NCBI GenBank assembly: GCA_038831915.1
Contig: JAWBKB010000002.1
Coordinates: 64,001-128,000 of the forward strand
DNA length: 64,000 nt
Direction: 5' to 3'
Source: Candidatus Caldarchaeum sp.
GTDB taxonomy: Archaea > Thermoproteota > Nitrososphaeria_A > Caldarchaeales > Caldarchaeaceae
A model generated the notes under the pieces. The model saw only the letters and a list, made by a program, of their open reading frames with translations. It searched no databases and was not told the DNA's origin. Position 1 is the first letter of the stretch. Every line of letters begins with the position of its first letter. The position numbers and the translations under genes are program-made. Shown here piece after piece: positions 38,072 through 46,702 of the stretch.

Positions 38072-38830
38072 ATGGTAAACAAGCTCGAAATCATACCAAT
38101 CACAGGGATCCCACTGGTCAAGGAAGGCGATAATATTGCTGAGCTAATTGTTGTAGCAGCCAAACGTGCAGGGACAGAGATTGTAGATGGTGACATAGTG
38201 GTCATCGCTCATTCGATAGTATCCAAATCGGAAGGTAGAATTGTAAAACTGGTCGACGTACAACCTTCACGCTTTGCTGAAAATCTCGCCGAATTAACCG
38301 GCAAAGACCCTCGTCAAATTGAAGTGGTTTTGAAAAATGCGAGGAAGATAGTCAGAATTGGGCACGGGGTCATCATCTGCGAAACTTTTCATGGATTTGT
38401 TTGCGCGAACGCAGGCGTGGACGCGTCGAATTCCGGCGGCGAAGATTACTTGATAACTTTTCCCGAAAACCCCGACAAGTCAGCGAACAGAATCCGGGAA
38501 GAAATCAAACGTATCACCGGCAAAGAGGTCGCGGTGATAATCAGCGACAGCTTTGGAAGGCCATTCCGCGTCGGGTCGGTGAATGTCGCCATCGGATGCA
38601 GCGGCATCAACCCCTTGAATGACATTAGAGGCTACAAAGACCTTTACGGAAGAATTCTAAGGTCTAAAATTGTCTGTATAGCTGATGAAATAGCTTCTGC
38701 GGCGGGTCTCGTGATGGGCGAAGCAGACGAAGGAATTCCCGTCGCAATCGTAAGGGGGCTTAGCTACGACCGAACCAACATCCCCGCAACGGCGATTATC
38801 CGTGACGCAAAGGATGACCTATTCAGATAA
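38072..38830 (+). CDS. cofE: coenzyme F420:L-glutamate ligase family protein
   Basis: IVSKSEG, ANAGVDASN, DSFGRPFRxG, ADEIASAAGLVMGEADE. Confidence 0.93.
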   Translation: MVNKLEIIPITGIPLVKEGDNIAELIVVAAKRAGTEIVDGDIVVIAHSIVSKSEGRIVKLVDVQPSRFAENLAELTGKDPRQIEVVLKNARKIVRIGHGVIICETFHGFVCANAGVDASNSGGEDYLITFPENPDKSANRIREEIKRITGKEVAVIISDSFGRPFRVGSVNVAIGCSGINPLNDIRGYKDLYGRILRSKIVCIADEIASAAGLVMGEADEGIPVAIVRGLSYDRTNIPATAIIRDAKDDLFR

Positions 38831-39536
38831 AGCATATCTGCTAAAGCTCATCGAAACAACCTTCCAAAATTTAAAAGACGAAAGAAGCATCGATTTTCAA
38901 GAAATTACGAAGCAAATCAGCGTCGACTATGAGAATGTCATTGAAACGCTACGCGGCCTGTTGGGGCAGAACCATCCACCCGGGTTCATCAGAGTTTCTC
39001 TTGGTTTGGCAGCGATAAGTCTGGGGGCTGAACCGGAGAAAATCGCTAGACAGCTCAGCTGGCGAGAAATGGAAATATTCGTAGCTCACGCATGTCATCT
39101 GAGCGGACTGATGCAGAGAACAAACGTGCGACTGAGCTTCGAAAAAAAGAGAGTGGAATTGGACGTGGTCGCCGCCTCGACTTCGCTATGCCTTGTTTTC
39201 GACTGCAAACGCTGGAATAAGAGACTCGCCGGAAAAACTCTCAACACAATCGTGGAAAAACACAAACAACGCACGATAATCTTAAAACAATTCTTTGAGA
39301 AAAACATGTCCGGCAGAAAGCTCGTTTTCTTCACCCCTGTCATCGTTTCTCTCTACGAACCGAGCTCTAGAAAAGCGTCAGATATATACATCGTGCCGGT
39401 CAACTCGTTGAAAAGCTTTTTACAGTTCGTTGAAAACGTTTTGGGCGGCGAGGTTTACACCGCTCATTTGGACGAAAAGTGGACAGAGTTTTTCGCACGT
39501 GATAACTTAAATCAAAGCTTGGAGAACTGGCGTTGA
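38802..39536 (+). CDS. PD-(D/E)XK (Mrr/NERD-like) nuclease family protein
   Basis: LSWREME, ELDVVA, FDCKRW. Confidence 0.75.
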   Translation: MTQRMTYSDKAYLLKLIETTFQNLKDERSIDFQEITKQISVDYENVIETLRGLLGQNHPPGFIRVSLGLAAISLGAEPEKIARQLSWREMEIFVAHACHLSGLMQRTNVRLSFEKKRVELDVVAASTSLCLVFDCKRWNKRLAGKTLNTIVEKHKQRTIILKQFFEKNMSGRKLVFFTPVIVSLYEPSSRKASDIYIVPVNSLKSFLQFVENVLGGEVYTAHLDEKWTEFFARDNLNQSLENWR

Positions 39537-39537
39537 A

Positions 39538-40029
39538 TTGGATAGGCTCTGGGCGCCGTGGCGGATGGCTTACATCAAAGAGTCGAAAAAAGAGCAGGAC
39601 TGCGTCTTCTGCTTAGCGGCGTCCACCGAAAAAGACAGTGACCGATATGTCGTCTACAGAGGAAGCCACGTCTTTATAATCATGAACCTTTATCCATACA
39701 ACAATGGTCACGTAATGGTGACTCCGTTCAGACACATCGGCTCTGTTGAAGAAATGAGTGACGAAGAAATGTTGGAAACGATGAGGCTAATCAGGCTGGC
39801 TGTTAAGGCGATATCATCGGTCATGAAACCGGATGGGTTCAACATCGGCGCGAACGTTGGCAAGTCCGCGGGTGCGGGCATTGAAGACCATGTTCATTTT
39901 CACATCGTCCCGAGGTGGAGGGGTGACACAAATTTTATGACAATCATCTCTGATACACGTGTTCTGCCTGAAACAATCGACGAAACTTACAAAAGACTGG
40001 TCGCGGCTATTGCTGAGTTAACCGGTTAG
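39538..40029 (+). CDS. HIT family hydrolase / Ap4A phosphorylase
   Basis: LWAPWR, CVFC, NLYPYNNGH, HVHFHIVPRW. Confidence 0.95.
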   Translation: MDRLWAPWRMAYIKESKKEQDCVFCLAASTEKDSDRYVVYRGSHVFIIMNLYPYNNGHVMVTPFRHIGSVEEMSDEEMLETMRLIRLAVKAISSVMKPDGFNIGANVGKSAGAGIEDHVHFHIVPRWRGDTNFMTIISDTRVLPETIDETYKRLVAAIAELTG

Positions 40030-41011
40030 CTATTTCGAGATAATATTTTGAAACGGGGTTGGCGAGCAGAACAACTCTGCTGACTTCGTCTTCAGTTACG
40101 TTAACGAATCCAATATATTTTGCCAGCTCGGCCGCGAATTCTTTGATTTCCTCTATAGAAGGCATGTTCTCTCTTCGAAGTCGTAGCTGAGATTCACCGA
40201 CGTGTGTGTATCCTTTGCATTCGACGAAATCAGGTTGCGCTTTTCTGATCAAATCAGCGTACGACTCTGGCGCATGCATGTTCAAATCCTTTACCAAAGT
40301 TAAGCGAACCACCTTTCTGCATGTAAACCTGGACATCAGGTCCAGGGATTTCATCAGTCTTTCCCAGCTATCCGATATTAACGGCTTGCATGTTTTGATA
40401 TGCGTTTCCCGGTCGGGGCCGTAAACGCTCAGGTATAGGCTGGTGGGTTGGCATTTGTGAAGTATTTCTGCGAGTCTTTCAGGCATGGTGCCGTTGCTGA
40501 CGAGAAAGGTAGTCATATCTCTACGAGTCGCCTCCTCGATGAGTTCTCCGATGTAGGGATAGAGAGTGGGCTCGCCGTCTAAGGAAATAGCGATGTGTTT
40601 GGGGTTCAGCGCTTCCGAGAACTTCTGCTTCGAAACTTTTGGATTGCCTCCGAAACCTGAAAGAAGCTGCCTCTGCTCCTGGATAATTTGGTCAAGTAGT
40701 TCAGAAGGGCTGTCCCATTGCCCGTCAAACGGTTGTACACGGTTTAGGGTGTGAAAACGCCAGCAAAAAACACACATCATGTTACAGTATTGAAGGGACG
40801 GGGTCATCTGAATACATCTATGACTTTCGATTCCGTACCAGCTTTTGTAGCATTTTTTACCGCCTCGAAGTGCCGACTTTGTCCAATGACAAACCTTGAC
40901 CGCTGAATGTCTGCCCACTATGCGGTAACCTGCTTTCTCAAACTTGCCGGCTTCAGCCACCGACGACCTCTTCGGCTTCTTGACTTCCTTCAGCGGTATG
41001 ACCGTAGTCAA
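40007..41011 (-). CDS. taw1: 4-demethylwyosine synthase (radical SAM)
   Basis: HSAVKVCHW, CYK, CNMMCVFCWR, ISLDGEP. Confidence 0.95.
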   Translation of the reverse strand: MTTVIPLKEVKKPKRSSVAEAGKFEKAGYRIVGRHSAVKVCHWTKSALRGGKKCYKSWYGIESHRCIQMTPSLQYCNMMCVFCWRFHTLNRVQPFDGQWDSPSELLDQIIQEQRQLLSGFGGNPKVSKQKFSEALNPKHIAISLDGEPTLYPYIGELIEEATRRDMTTFLVSNGTMPERLAEILHKCQPTSLYLSVYGPDRETHIKTCKPLISDSWERLMKSLDLMSRFTCRKVVRLTLVKDLNMHAPESYADLIRKAQPDFVECKGYTHVGESQLRLRRENMPSIEEIKEFAAELAKYIGFVNVTEDEVSRVVLLANPVSKYYLEIANRLTQQ

Positions 41012-41070
41012 CCCAGCCCATTAACAAATAAGCGAATCATTTAATCTTTCCCTCACCCACATAGAAAGTT

Positions 41071-41952
41071 GTGAAGTTCGGGGTTGTCGGCGCCTTGACA
41101 ATCGACGTTTATGGTGACAAGATATTTCTCGGAGGTCCTCCGTGGTTTGCCGGAGGAGCGGCCGCGTCCATCCATCACTCGGTAAATGTCTATTCCGCAG
41201 TTGGAGAACTCGATTTTCCACAATCTTTCTATGACCAGCTCGTGAAAGCGCGTGTGAACATCTCTAAAATAGTCAAGGTGCCTGACAGTTTTTCCTACAC
41301 TTTTCAGCACAACTATACGCAAAAAACTCGAAGGTCAAAGCTTATCAGGATAGGGCCCCGAATTCCAGAGGATAGTCTCGCCGACATCGACGTCGACAGC
41401 CTACTGTTGTCACCGGTTTACCGCGAAGCCGGCGAAAATCACTTCAAAATCCTTCGGAACAGTTCGTCTCATCTGGCCTTAGACATTCAAGGGTTTCTCC
41501 GCGAGGCCGACGACTCCGGAAACGTGTTTCTAGTTTCAAAAGAACTGGGACATTTGCTGAAGTCAGCTGATGTCATTCATTGCAGCGACGAAGAAGCCGT
41601 GGTGCTGTCTGGAGAAGCTGACCCGTTGCAAGCGGTTAAGAAAATAGCTAGGGCCGCACCTGGAGTTGTGCTGGTAGGCTCGAGAACAGGGTTGTTGGCT
41701 GCACATCGAGGCATGGTCAGCTTCTTCAGCATCAACCTTGAACACAGTGATGTTGATCCAACAGGCGCTGGAGACATGCTTACAGCTCTTCTTGTCGCTT
41801 TCGTTCGGGAAGCAGACTCGGCGACCGAGGCGACTGTATCGGCTTTGGCGCATCTCGTAGAACTGCTCCGCAGACCCCGGGAATCACGGTTCATTCAACC
41901 TGTCCATCCGCGGCCCGAGCTTGTTCATCTACTGTGGACAACGCCCGTTTAG
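41071..41952 (+). CDS. PfkB family carbohydrate/nucleoside kinase
   Basis: GGPP, LDIQGFLR, DPTGAGD. Confidence 0.9.
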   Translation: MKFGVVGALTIDVYGDKIFLGGPPWFAGGAAASIHHSVNVYSAVGELDFPQSFYDQLVKARVNISKIVKVPDSFSYTFQHNYTQKTRRSKLIRIGPRIPEDSLADIDVDSLLLSPVYREAGENHFKILRNSSSHLALDIQGFLREADDSGNVFLVSKELGHLLKSADVIHCSDEEAVVLSGEADPLQAVKKIARAAPGVVLVGSRTGLLAAHRGMVSFFSINLEHSDVDPTGAGDMLTALLVAFVREADSATEATVSALAHLVELLRRPRESRFIQPVHPRPELVHLLWTTPV

Positions 41953-42208
41953 CCCGTTTGTTTCCAGATTTCATTAATTTTTTCACCTTGTTTACGAGGC
42001 TTGGATAACGGTCCTTCAATGCCTTTTCAACGATGTCCGCAAGCTCTTCGCTGATGCTATAGCGGGGAATAACGTTCTTACGGTAGTTGAACACGGCGGT
42101 CGCGACCGGCGAATAGAATGCGAGTCGGGGCTGTTTTTTCGCGTAATCCACGGATTGTTTCAAGATTTTGTCGTCGATTTTGTTCTGTATGGTTTTCCTC
42201 CTTTTCAT
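41891..42208 (-). CDS. segB: SegB-like ribbon-helix-helix DNA-binding protein
   Basis: YxxKxPxxxxxSxxxxxVxxYxxxxxP...EKxLKxxYPxL pattern aligns without gaps to Sulfolobus SegB as recalled from memory. Confidence 0.7.
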   Translation of the reverse strand: MKRRKTIQNKIDDKILKQSVDYAKKQPRLAFYSPVATAVFNYRKNVIPRYSISEELADIVEKALKDRYPSLVNKVKKLMKSGNKRAKRALSTVDEQARAADGQVE

Positions 42209-42218
42209 GATGACTAGG

Positions 42219-42246
42219 TTTACCTTTTACCTTTTAACGTTTACCT
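42219..42246. repeat. tandem heptad array TTTACCT-TTTACCT-TTTAACG-TTTACCT over the segB promoter
   Basis: Read directly; includes minus-strand TTAAAA 24-29 nt upstream of the segB ATG. Confidence 0.85.
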
Positions 42247-42603
42247 CGAATCATCAAAGCACAGGTTTCAGTGCGTGTGCGATCTTTCGAACGGTGTGAA
42301 GGATTTTTAAACACGGGGGCTTGTACAACGCGTATTGAGATGAAATAGAGGTTGAAATAAACGAGGTCATGCAATTCAATGCTGGTTGATTTGTGGTTAA
42401 ATGTGGTGTGCTATCGCCGGGGTCTGAGGTCGAAAAAGGGCTTAACAACACTTTTGCCATATGAATCGGTTGGAAAATCGGACAGTTGGTTCCCTAATTC
42501 AATTGGCATTGTTGACAGTAGAATACCATAGGATAGCCGTATTAACAGTGTTCAGTAAATCGAACGGCTACCATTACATACTGGTTCAATGAAAAATGTA
42601 TGG

Positions 42604-42627
42604 AGGTAAACCTTTTACGGTTTACCT
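42604..42627. repeat. second heptad cluster AGGTAAA-cct-TTTACGG-TTTACCT (also a 9-6-9 inverted repeat)
   Basis: Read directly: AGGTAAACC/GGTTTACCT. Confidence 0.75.
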
Positions 42628-42999
42628 TGATGAGCGGTCCGCATAGTGTCTGACAAAGCTTTCTGGATTCAGCTTTTTCACTATGTGTTCAAAGGCTTTA
42701 TCGGGTTCGCTGTCCTCTCCGCATGTGTAGATGTCAACGGTGGCGTATCGGTATTGGTTCCAAGTGTGTACCGCTACATGGCTTTCCTTGATCAACGCGA
42801 TGACCGATACTCCGCCTTTTTCACCGCCGAACTTCCACGACCTCAGGGAGACCAGATTCATCTTCGCTATTTTGACAGCTTCGAGCACCGTCTTGCGCAT
42901 GAATTTTTCGTCAAGCAGCAGTTCGGAGGGGCATCCGTAAAGGTTTCCGAAGACATGTTTCCCAACTATTTGTTTCTGAACCGTTTTTCCTTCAAGCAT
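42622..42999 (-). CDS. pyruvoyl-dependent decarboxylase of the AdoMetDC family, probably crenarchaeal-type arginine decarboxylase
   Basis: ESH cleavage site; [35 protein letters not shown]; GAGGT RBS. Confidence 0.88.
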   Translation of the reverse strand: MLEGKTVQKQIVGKHVFGNLYGCPSELLLDEKFMRKTVLEAVKIAKMNLVSLRSWKFGGEKGGVSVIALIKESHVAVHTWNQYRYATVDIYTCGEDSEPDKAFEHIVKKLNPESFVRHYADRSSR

Positions 43000-43209
43000 T
43001 TCTCTTTCTGCTTACCTCAAAATCGTTGACAAAAAGATTTAGATATAAATCATTTGTTGACAACATCAGCAGACGAAAAGATTTGCGACGATTTCTGTCA
43101 GTTTAGAAATTTTTTTGCCCGAAAAATACGTGCTTATCCAAGTTTTCGAACGCATCGAAAATTTGGCCATGAGCAAAGATTATTGGCTGGACATGCAACA
43201 CGTCGGGTG

Positions 43210-43650
43210 ATGAATCCACTGCAGCCTGGCGTTTATGCTCGTGGTCGACTTGACTTTAGAAAACTTTTCGACAGTGTTCTTTCCTTCGTGTCTGATGGCT
43301 CGTGTGGGGCAGCTGCTTTTTTCATCGGGATAGTCAAGCGCGCTGGCAAAGGAGCGTTCCCGGTTGATCAAGTTGTGATGGAATCCTACGAAGAGCATGC
43401 AAACAAGGCCTTGAAAAGAATTTGCGATGAAGTAGCCGCCGAATATGGTTTGAAGTTTGTAGGCATATGGCATTTGGTTGGCTCGTTCACGGTGGGTGAA
43501 CCGGTGGTTTTCGTTTGCGCGGCTGGAGAGCACAGAGACGAGGTATTTAGAGGCCTTAGAACAGCTGTTGAAAGATACAAACGCGAGCCGGCTTTGTTCA
43601 AGAAAGAGGTTTATGTCGACGGCACGTCGGCATGGATGGAGGGAGCTTGA
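43210..43650 (+). CDS. moaE: molybdopterin synthase catalytic subunit MoaE
   Basis: GAAAFFIGIVK, ESY, HR, KREPALFKKE; ATG 43210. Confidence 0.93.
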   Translation: MNPLQPGVYARGRLDFRKLFDSVLSFVSDGSCGAAAFFIGIVKRAGKGAFPVDQVVMESYEEHANKALKRICDEVAAEYGLKFVGIWHLVGSFTVGEPVVFVCAAGEHRDEVFRGLRTAVERYKREPALFKKEVYVDGTSAWMEGA

Positions 43651-43961
43651 AAGTCGTCACCAAGTATTATGCGTCGATTCGTGAAAAAGTCGGTAAATCC
43701 GGTGAAGAATTCGAACTGAAGGATGATGCTTCGATTCTGGATTTTCTCGAAGCTTTCAGGTTGAAGTATGCTGGTTTGGTGGATGGTTTTTTCGAAGCTG
43801 GGGGGCTGCGTTCCGGTTTTGCGGTTGCGTTGAACGGTGAGAGCGTGGAAAGAAAAGCATGGAGCTCGACTAAGTTGAAAGAGGGAGATGTTGTGGTGAT
43901 TCTGCCGCCGATTGCCGGCGGTCATTTAAAACTGGGTAGCCTTACTCCGCGTTGTCCCTGA
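43647..43961 (+). CDS. moaD: MoaD/SAMP ubiquitin-like sulfur carrier with C-terminal extension
   Basis: YYASIRE, VALNG, LKEGDVVVILPPIAGG followed by HLKLGSLTPRCP. Confidence 0.88.
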   Translation: MKVVTKYYASIREKVGKSGEEFELKDDASILDFLEAFRLKYAGLVDGFFEAGGLRSGFAVALNGESVERKAWSSTKLKEGDVVVILPPIAGGHLKLGSLTPRCP

Positions 43962-44440
43962 TATTTGCCAGTGTAGGGTTTTTCCACGATTGAAGAAAGG
44001 CGGGCAAAAACAACGTGTAGAAATCTGTCGCCGGCATAGAGCCTTACTGGGAAGTCTCCCCCGACAAGCTCGATGGTCAACTCTCCTTCGAAGTTGGCGT
44101 CGATGATGGTCGGTGGAATTGTCAACCCGATGCGGGCGAAACTGCTTCTCAAATTGACAAAGCCCATCAAATCTTTTGGAAGTGACAAATATTCCATGGT
44201 GTGAAGTAAAACATGCTCCTTCGGTTGAATTAGGAAGGATTCTCCTTCTTCGAAAGTGTAGTATTCAGCGGGATCGGATGACTTTGTGTCAAAGATCTTT
44301 CCGGCTTTGCTGAAGCGTGCTATCTGCCGTCCGATTCGAAGGTCAAGCCCGTTTTCGCGGACGATGTCTTCAGAAAATGGAGTGATGCTTAGACGCTCGC
44401 TTCTGATGTAGTTCCACAGGTCGAAGTCTGAAAGAATCAT
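43922..44440 (-). CDS. dcd: dCTP deaminase
   Basis: MILSD, DLRIG, RSSFARIG, IDANFEG, YxGKYQGQ. Confidence 0.95.
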   Translation of the reverse strand: MILSDFDLWNYIRSERLSITPFSEDIVRENGLDLRIGRQIARFSKAGKIFDTKSSDPAEYYTFEEGESFLIQPKEHVLLHTMEYLSLPKDLMGFVNLRSSFARIGLTIPPTIIDANFEGELTIELVGGDFPVRLYAGDRFLHVVFARLSSIVEKPYTGKYQGQRGVRLPSFK

Positions 44441-44464
44441 GTTCGGTGAGGGGATGGCGGCAAT

Positions 44465-45247
44465 TTAAAGCTCTACAACCGTCATGTCCTGGGCCACGAC
44501 GACGTCATCGATTCCGACCGATTTGACCGCTTCTATAATTTCAACCTCTCTGCCGCGCCACGCTGGATAAAGGTGAGTGACCACCAATTTCTTCGGCTTA
44601 ATTCGTTCAACGATAGCTGCAAGCTGTTTCTCGGACGTATGTTTGCCGACGAGCTGTTCATGTGGGAAGCTGCATTCATGAACGAGAACATCGCACCCTT
44701 GTGCCAACATGATAAGTCTTTCGTCGGGCACGGTGTCGCCGGAATAAACCACCGAAAATCCTTGAAAACCAATTCTGTAAGCAAGCCCATTGTAATGGTC
44801 GACTTCCGCACAGCTTACGACACAGTCGCCGACACTGTATCTGTGATCCGCCTTCAACTCCAAGACTTCAAGATAGTTCTCGCAACGCATAGTTGTAACG
44901 AGGTATCTGAACGCGTCGATGTATACTATCTGGTTTACGAGGGTTTTGAGATTCTTTGGGCCCACCAGCCTTAACTTTGGTGGGTTGTTTAATGGTGTGC
45001 CTTCGGAGCTGTAGGGCCAGAGCATGATCAGCGCCGGTAGGTCTCCTACATGGTCTAGATGGAAATGAGTTATGAAAAATGCGTCGATGTCGTGGACCTG
45101 TATGTTTAATTTGATGAGTTTTGAAATTGTTGATGGCCCGGGGTCGAATAGAATTCGTGTGTTAGCTGTTTCGAGCAAGAGTCCACTCGCGAACCTGTTA
45201 TCCGTCGGAACTATGCTTCCCGCTCCGAGGATTATGAGACGGTTCAT
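44465..45247 (-). CDS. RNase Z-like metallo-beta-lactamase
   Basis: THFHLDH, YSGDT, HEC, HT, THLYP. Confidence 0.9.
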   Translation of the reverse strand: MNRLIILGAGSIVPTDNRFASGLLLETANTRILFDPGPSTISKLIKLNIQVHDIDAFFITHFHLDHVGDLPALIMLWPYSSEGTPLNNPPKLRLVGPKNLKTLVNQIVYIDAFRYLVTTMRCENYLEVLELKADHRYSVGDCVVSCAEVDHYNGLAYRIGFQGFSVVYSGDTVPDERLIMLAQGCDVLVHECSFPHEQLVGKHTSEKQLAAIVERIKPKKLVVTHLYPAWRGREVEIIEAVKSVGIDDVVVAQDMTVVEL

Positions 45248-45776
45248 GCGAGACCGCTCCTTTCGCGATGTGGACGATGTGTGGGATTTCCGGCCCGAAG
45301 AGTTTGAGCCCCAGTTCGACCGCGGCAGGAGAGCCTGGCAAAGCTATGACAAGCCTACCGTTCACGATTCCAGCCGTTGTCCTCGTCAAGGCAGCGGCAG
45401 CCCCAACTTCATGGAAACTTGCCATGCGGAAAACATCGCCCCAGCCCTCCACCTCTTTTTCGAACAGAGGTTTCAGAGCTTCAATGGTGACGTCTCTCGG
45501 CGAAAGACCTGTTCCGCCTGTCACGACGACCACGTCGAATCCTGATTCGATTGCTCGGACCACAGCATTTCTAATCACCCAGACGTCATCGTTCAACACT
45601 CCGAGGTATTGCGCTTCGTGTCCAAGGGCTGTGCATATTTCGACTGCTTTTTCACCTGATTCGTCGACGAAATGCTCACCCTTGACTTTCTTCTCATACC
45701 TCGAGCTGCTGGCCGTTAACACGCCTATCTTGAGCCTTGTTGGAGCATGTGCCCTGTGAAGTTCATGTGGTTTCGT
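45198..45776 (-). CDS. moaB: molybdopterin adenylyltransferase MoaB/MogA
   Basis: TGGTGLSPRDVTIEA, GWG, LPGSP; family-like N-terminus HELHRAHAP extends to an ACG at 45776. Confidence 0.9.
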   Translation of the reverse strand, partial: TKPHELHRAHAPTRLKIGVLTASSSRYEKKVKGEHFVDESGEKAVEICTALGHEAQYLGVLNDDVWVIRNAVVRAIESGFDVVVVTGGTGLSPRDVTIEALKPLFEKEVEGWGDVFRMASFHEVGAAAALTRTTAGIVNGRLVIALPGSPAAVELGLKLFGPEIPHIVHIAKGAVSHEPSHNPRSGKHSSDG

Positions 45777-46212
45777 TTTCCTTCACCTTCGACACCACTT
45801 TAATCTCGGTTATGGCCGTGTATGGATATTGGCCGTTTTGGTCTTTCTCATACTGTTTTACAACATCCCAGATGTTAAGCAACGCCGCCGCAGTAGCCGT
45901 TAACGCTTCCATCTCAACTCCTGTCTTCTCAAAAGCAACAACCTTAGACTTCACTTCGATGTAGTCGTATCCTATCGACTCGGTGACTTCGACCGATTCG
46001 AGCTTGAGTTGATGGCAGAGCGGAAGAATCGACGGCGTGTTTTTGGCTGCCAGTATCCCGGCTATTCTCGCAACTTCGAGAGGGTTGCCTTTTTCAACAG
46101 ACCCCTGGCGTATTTTTTCGACGGTTTCCGGTCGGAGCTTAATTCTTCCCACCGCTACAGCCTCTCTTCTCTGCACGGGTTTATGCGAAATGTCAACCTG
46201 CCTAACGCTCAT
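45763..46212 (-). CDS. moaC: cyclic pyranopterin monophosphate synthase MoaC
   Basis: VDISHK, KGNPL, LPLCH, TGVEMEAL; ATG 46212. Confidence 0.95.
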   Translation of the reverse strand: MSVRQVDISHKPVQRREAVAVGRIKLRPETVEKIRQGSVEKGNPLEVARIAGILAAKNTPSILPLCHQLKLESVEVTESIGYDYIEVKSKVVAFEKTGVEMEALTATAAALLNIWDVVKQYEKDQNGQYPYTAITEIKVVSKVKENETT

Positions 46213-46251
46213 CGAGGTAATGATCTGACACAGCATATAAAAGATTATGAC

Positions 46252-46674
46252 TTACACTCTTCTACCTCTTCTGCCGCCTTTCTTTCTCACGCTGTCATGC
46301 GGTATAGGCGTCACATCTTCAATTCTTCCAATCTGCACCCCAGACCTGGCTATCATTCTGATGGCTGCTTGAGTAGCGGGTCCTGGTGTTCGTGATTTTA
46401 CTCCGCCCGGCGCCCTGACGAGTATGTGGACGGCGTTTATTCCAGCTGCTTTGGCCTGCTCCATCACGAAAGAGGCTGCTCTCATACCTGCGTATGGAGT
46501 TGGTTCGAGACGTCCGGCGTCGACAAACATTCCACCTGAAGCTCTCGCTATTGTTTCGGCACCGGTAAGGTCTGTGAGATGGACTATGATGTTGTTGTAG
46601 GATGAGAAGATATGCACTACTCCCCACTTGAGTTTCTGCGGCTGTTTCTGCTCTTGCTGCTGTTCCACACTCAT
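46252..46674 (-). CDS. rps11: 30S ribosomal protein S11
   Basis: [28 protein letters not shown]. Confidence 0.97.
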   Translation of the reverse strand: MSVEQQQEQKQPQKLKWGVVHIFSSYNNIIVHLTDLTGAETIARASGGMFVDAGRLEPTPYAGMRAASFVMEQAKAAGINAVHILVRAPGGVKSRTPGPATQAAIRMIARSGVQIGRIEDVTPIPHDSVRKKGGRRGRRV

Positions 46675-46702
46675 CTACTTCCCAACAGATGGAACCGTGT
46701 AT

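Noticed and set aside
42251-42271. Minus-strand CTGA...TGATGA (D'/C'-like)
   Set aside because: No flanking C and D boxes at guide distance
42254-42460. 68 aa ORF upstream of segB as a possible segA remnant
   Set aside because: No Walker A or ParA similarity seen; atypical composition
42628-42653. TGATGA...CTGA pair resembling C and D' boxes
   Set aside because: Antisense to a coding region, with no second guide or box pair
43038-43065. TTTAGATATAA resembles one arm of a Thermococcales-type dif site
   Set aside because: The second arm after a 6-bp spacer lacks the TTA core; the minus-strand TTTATAT is better explained as the decarboxylase TATA box
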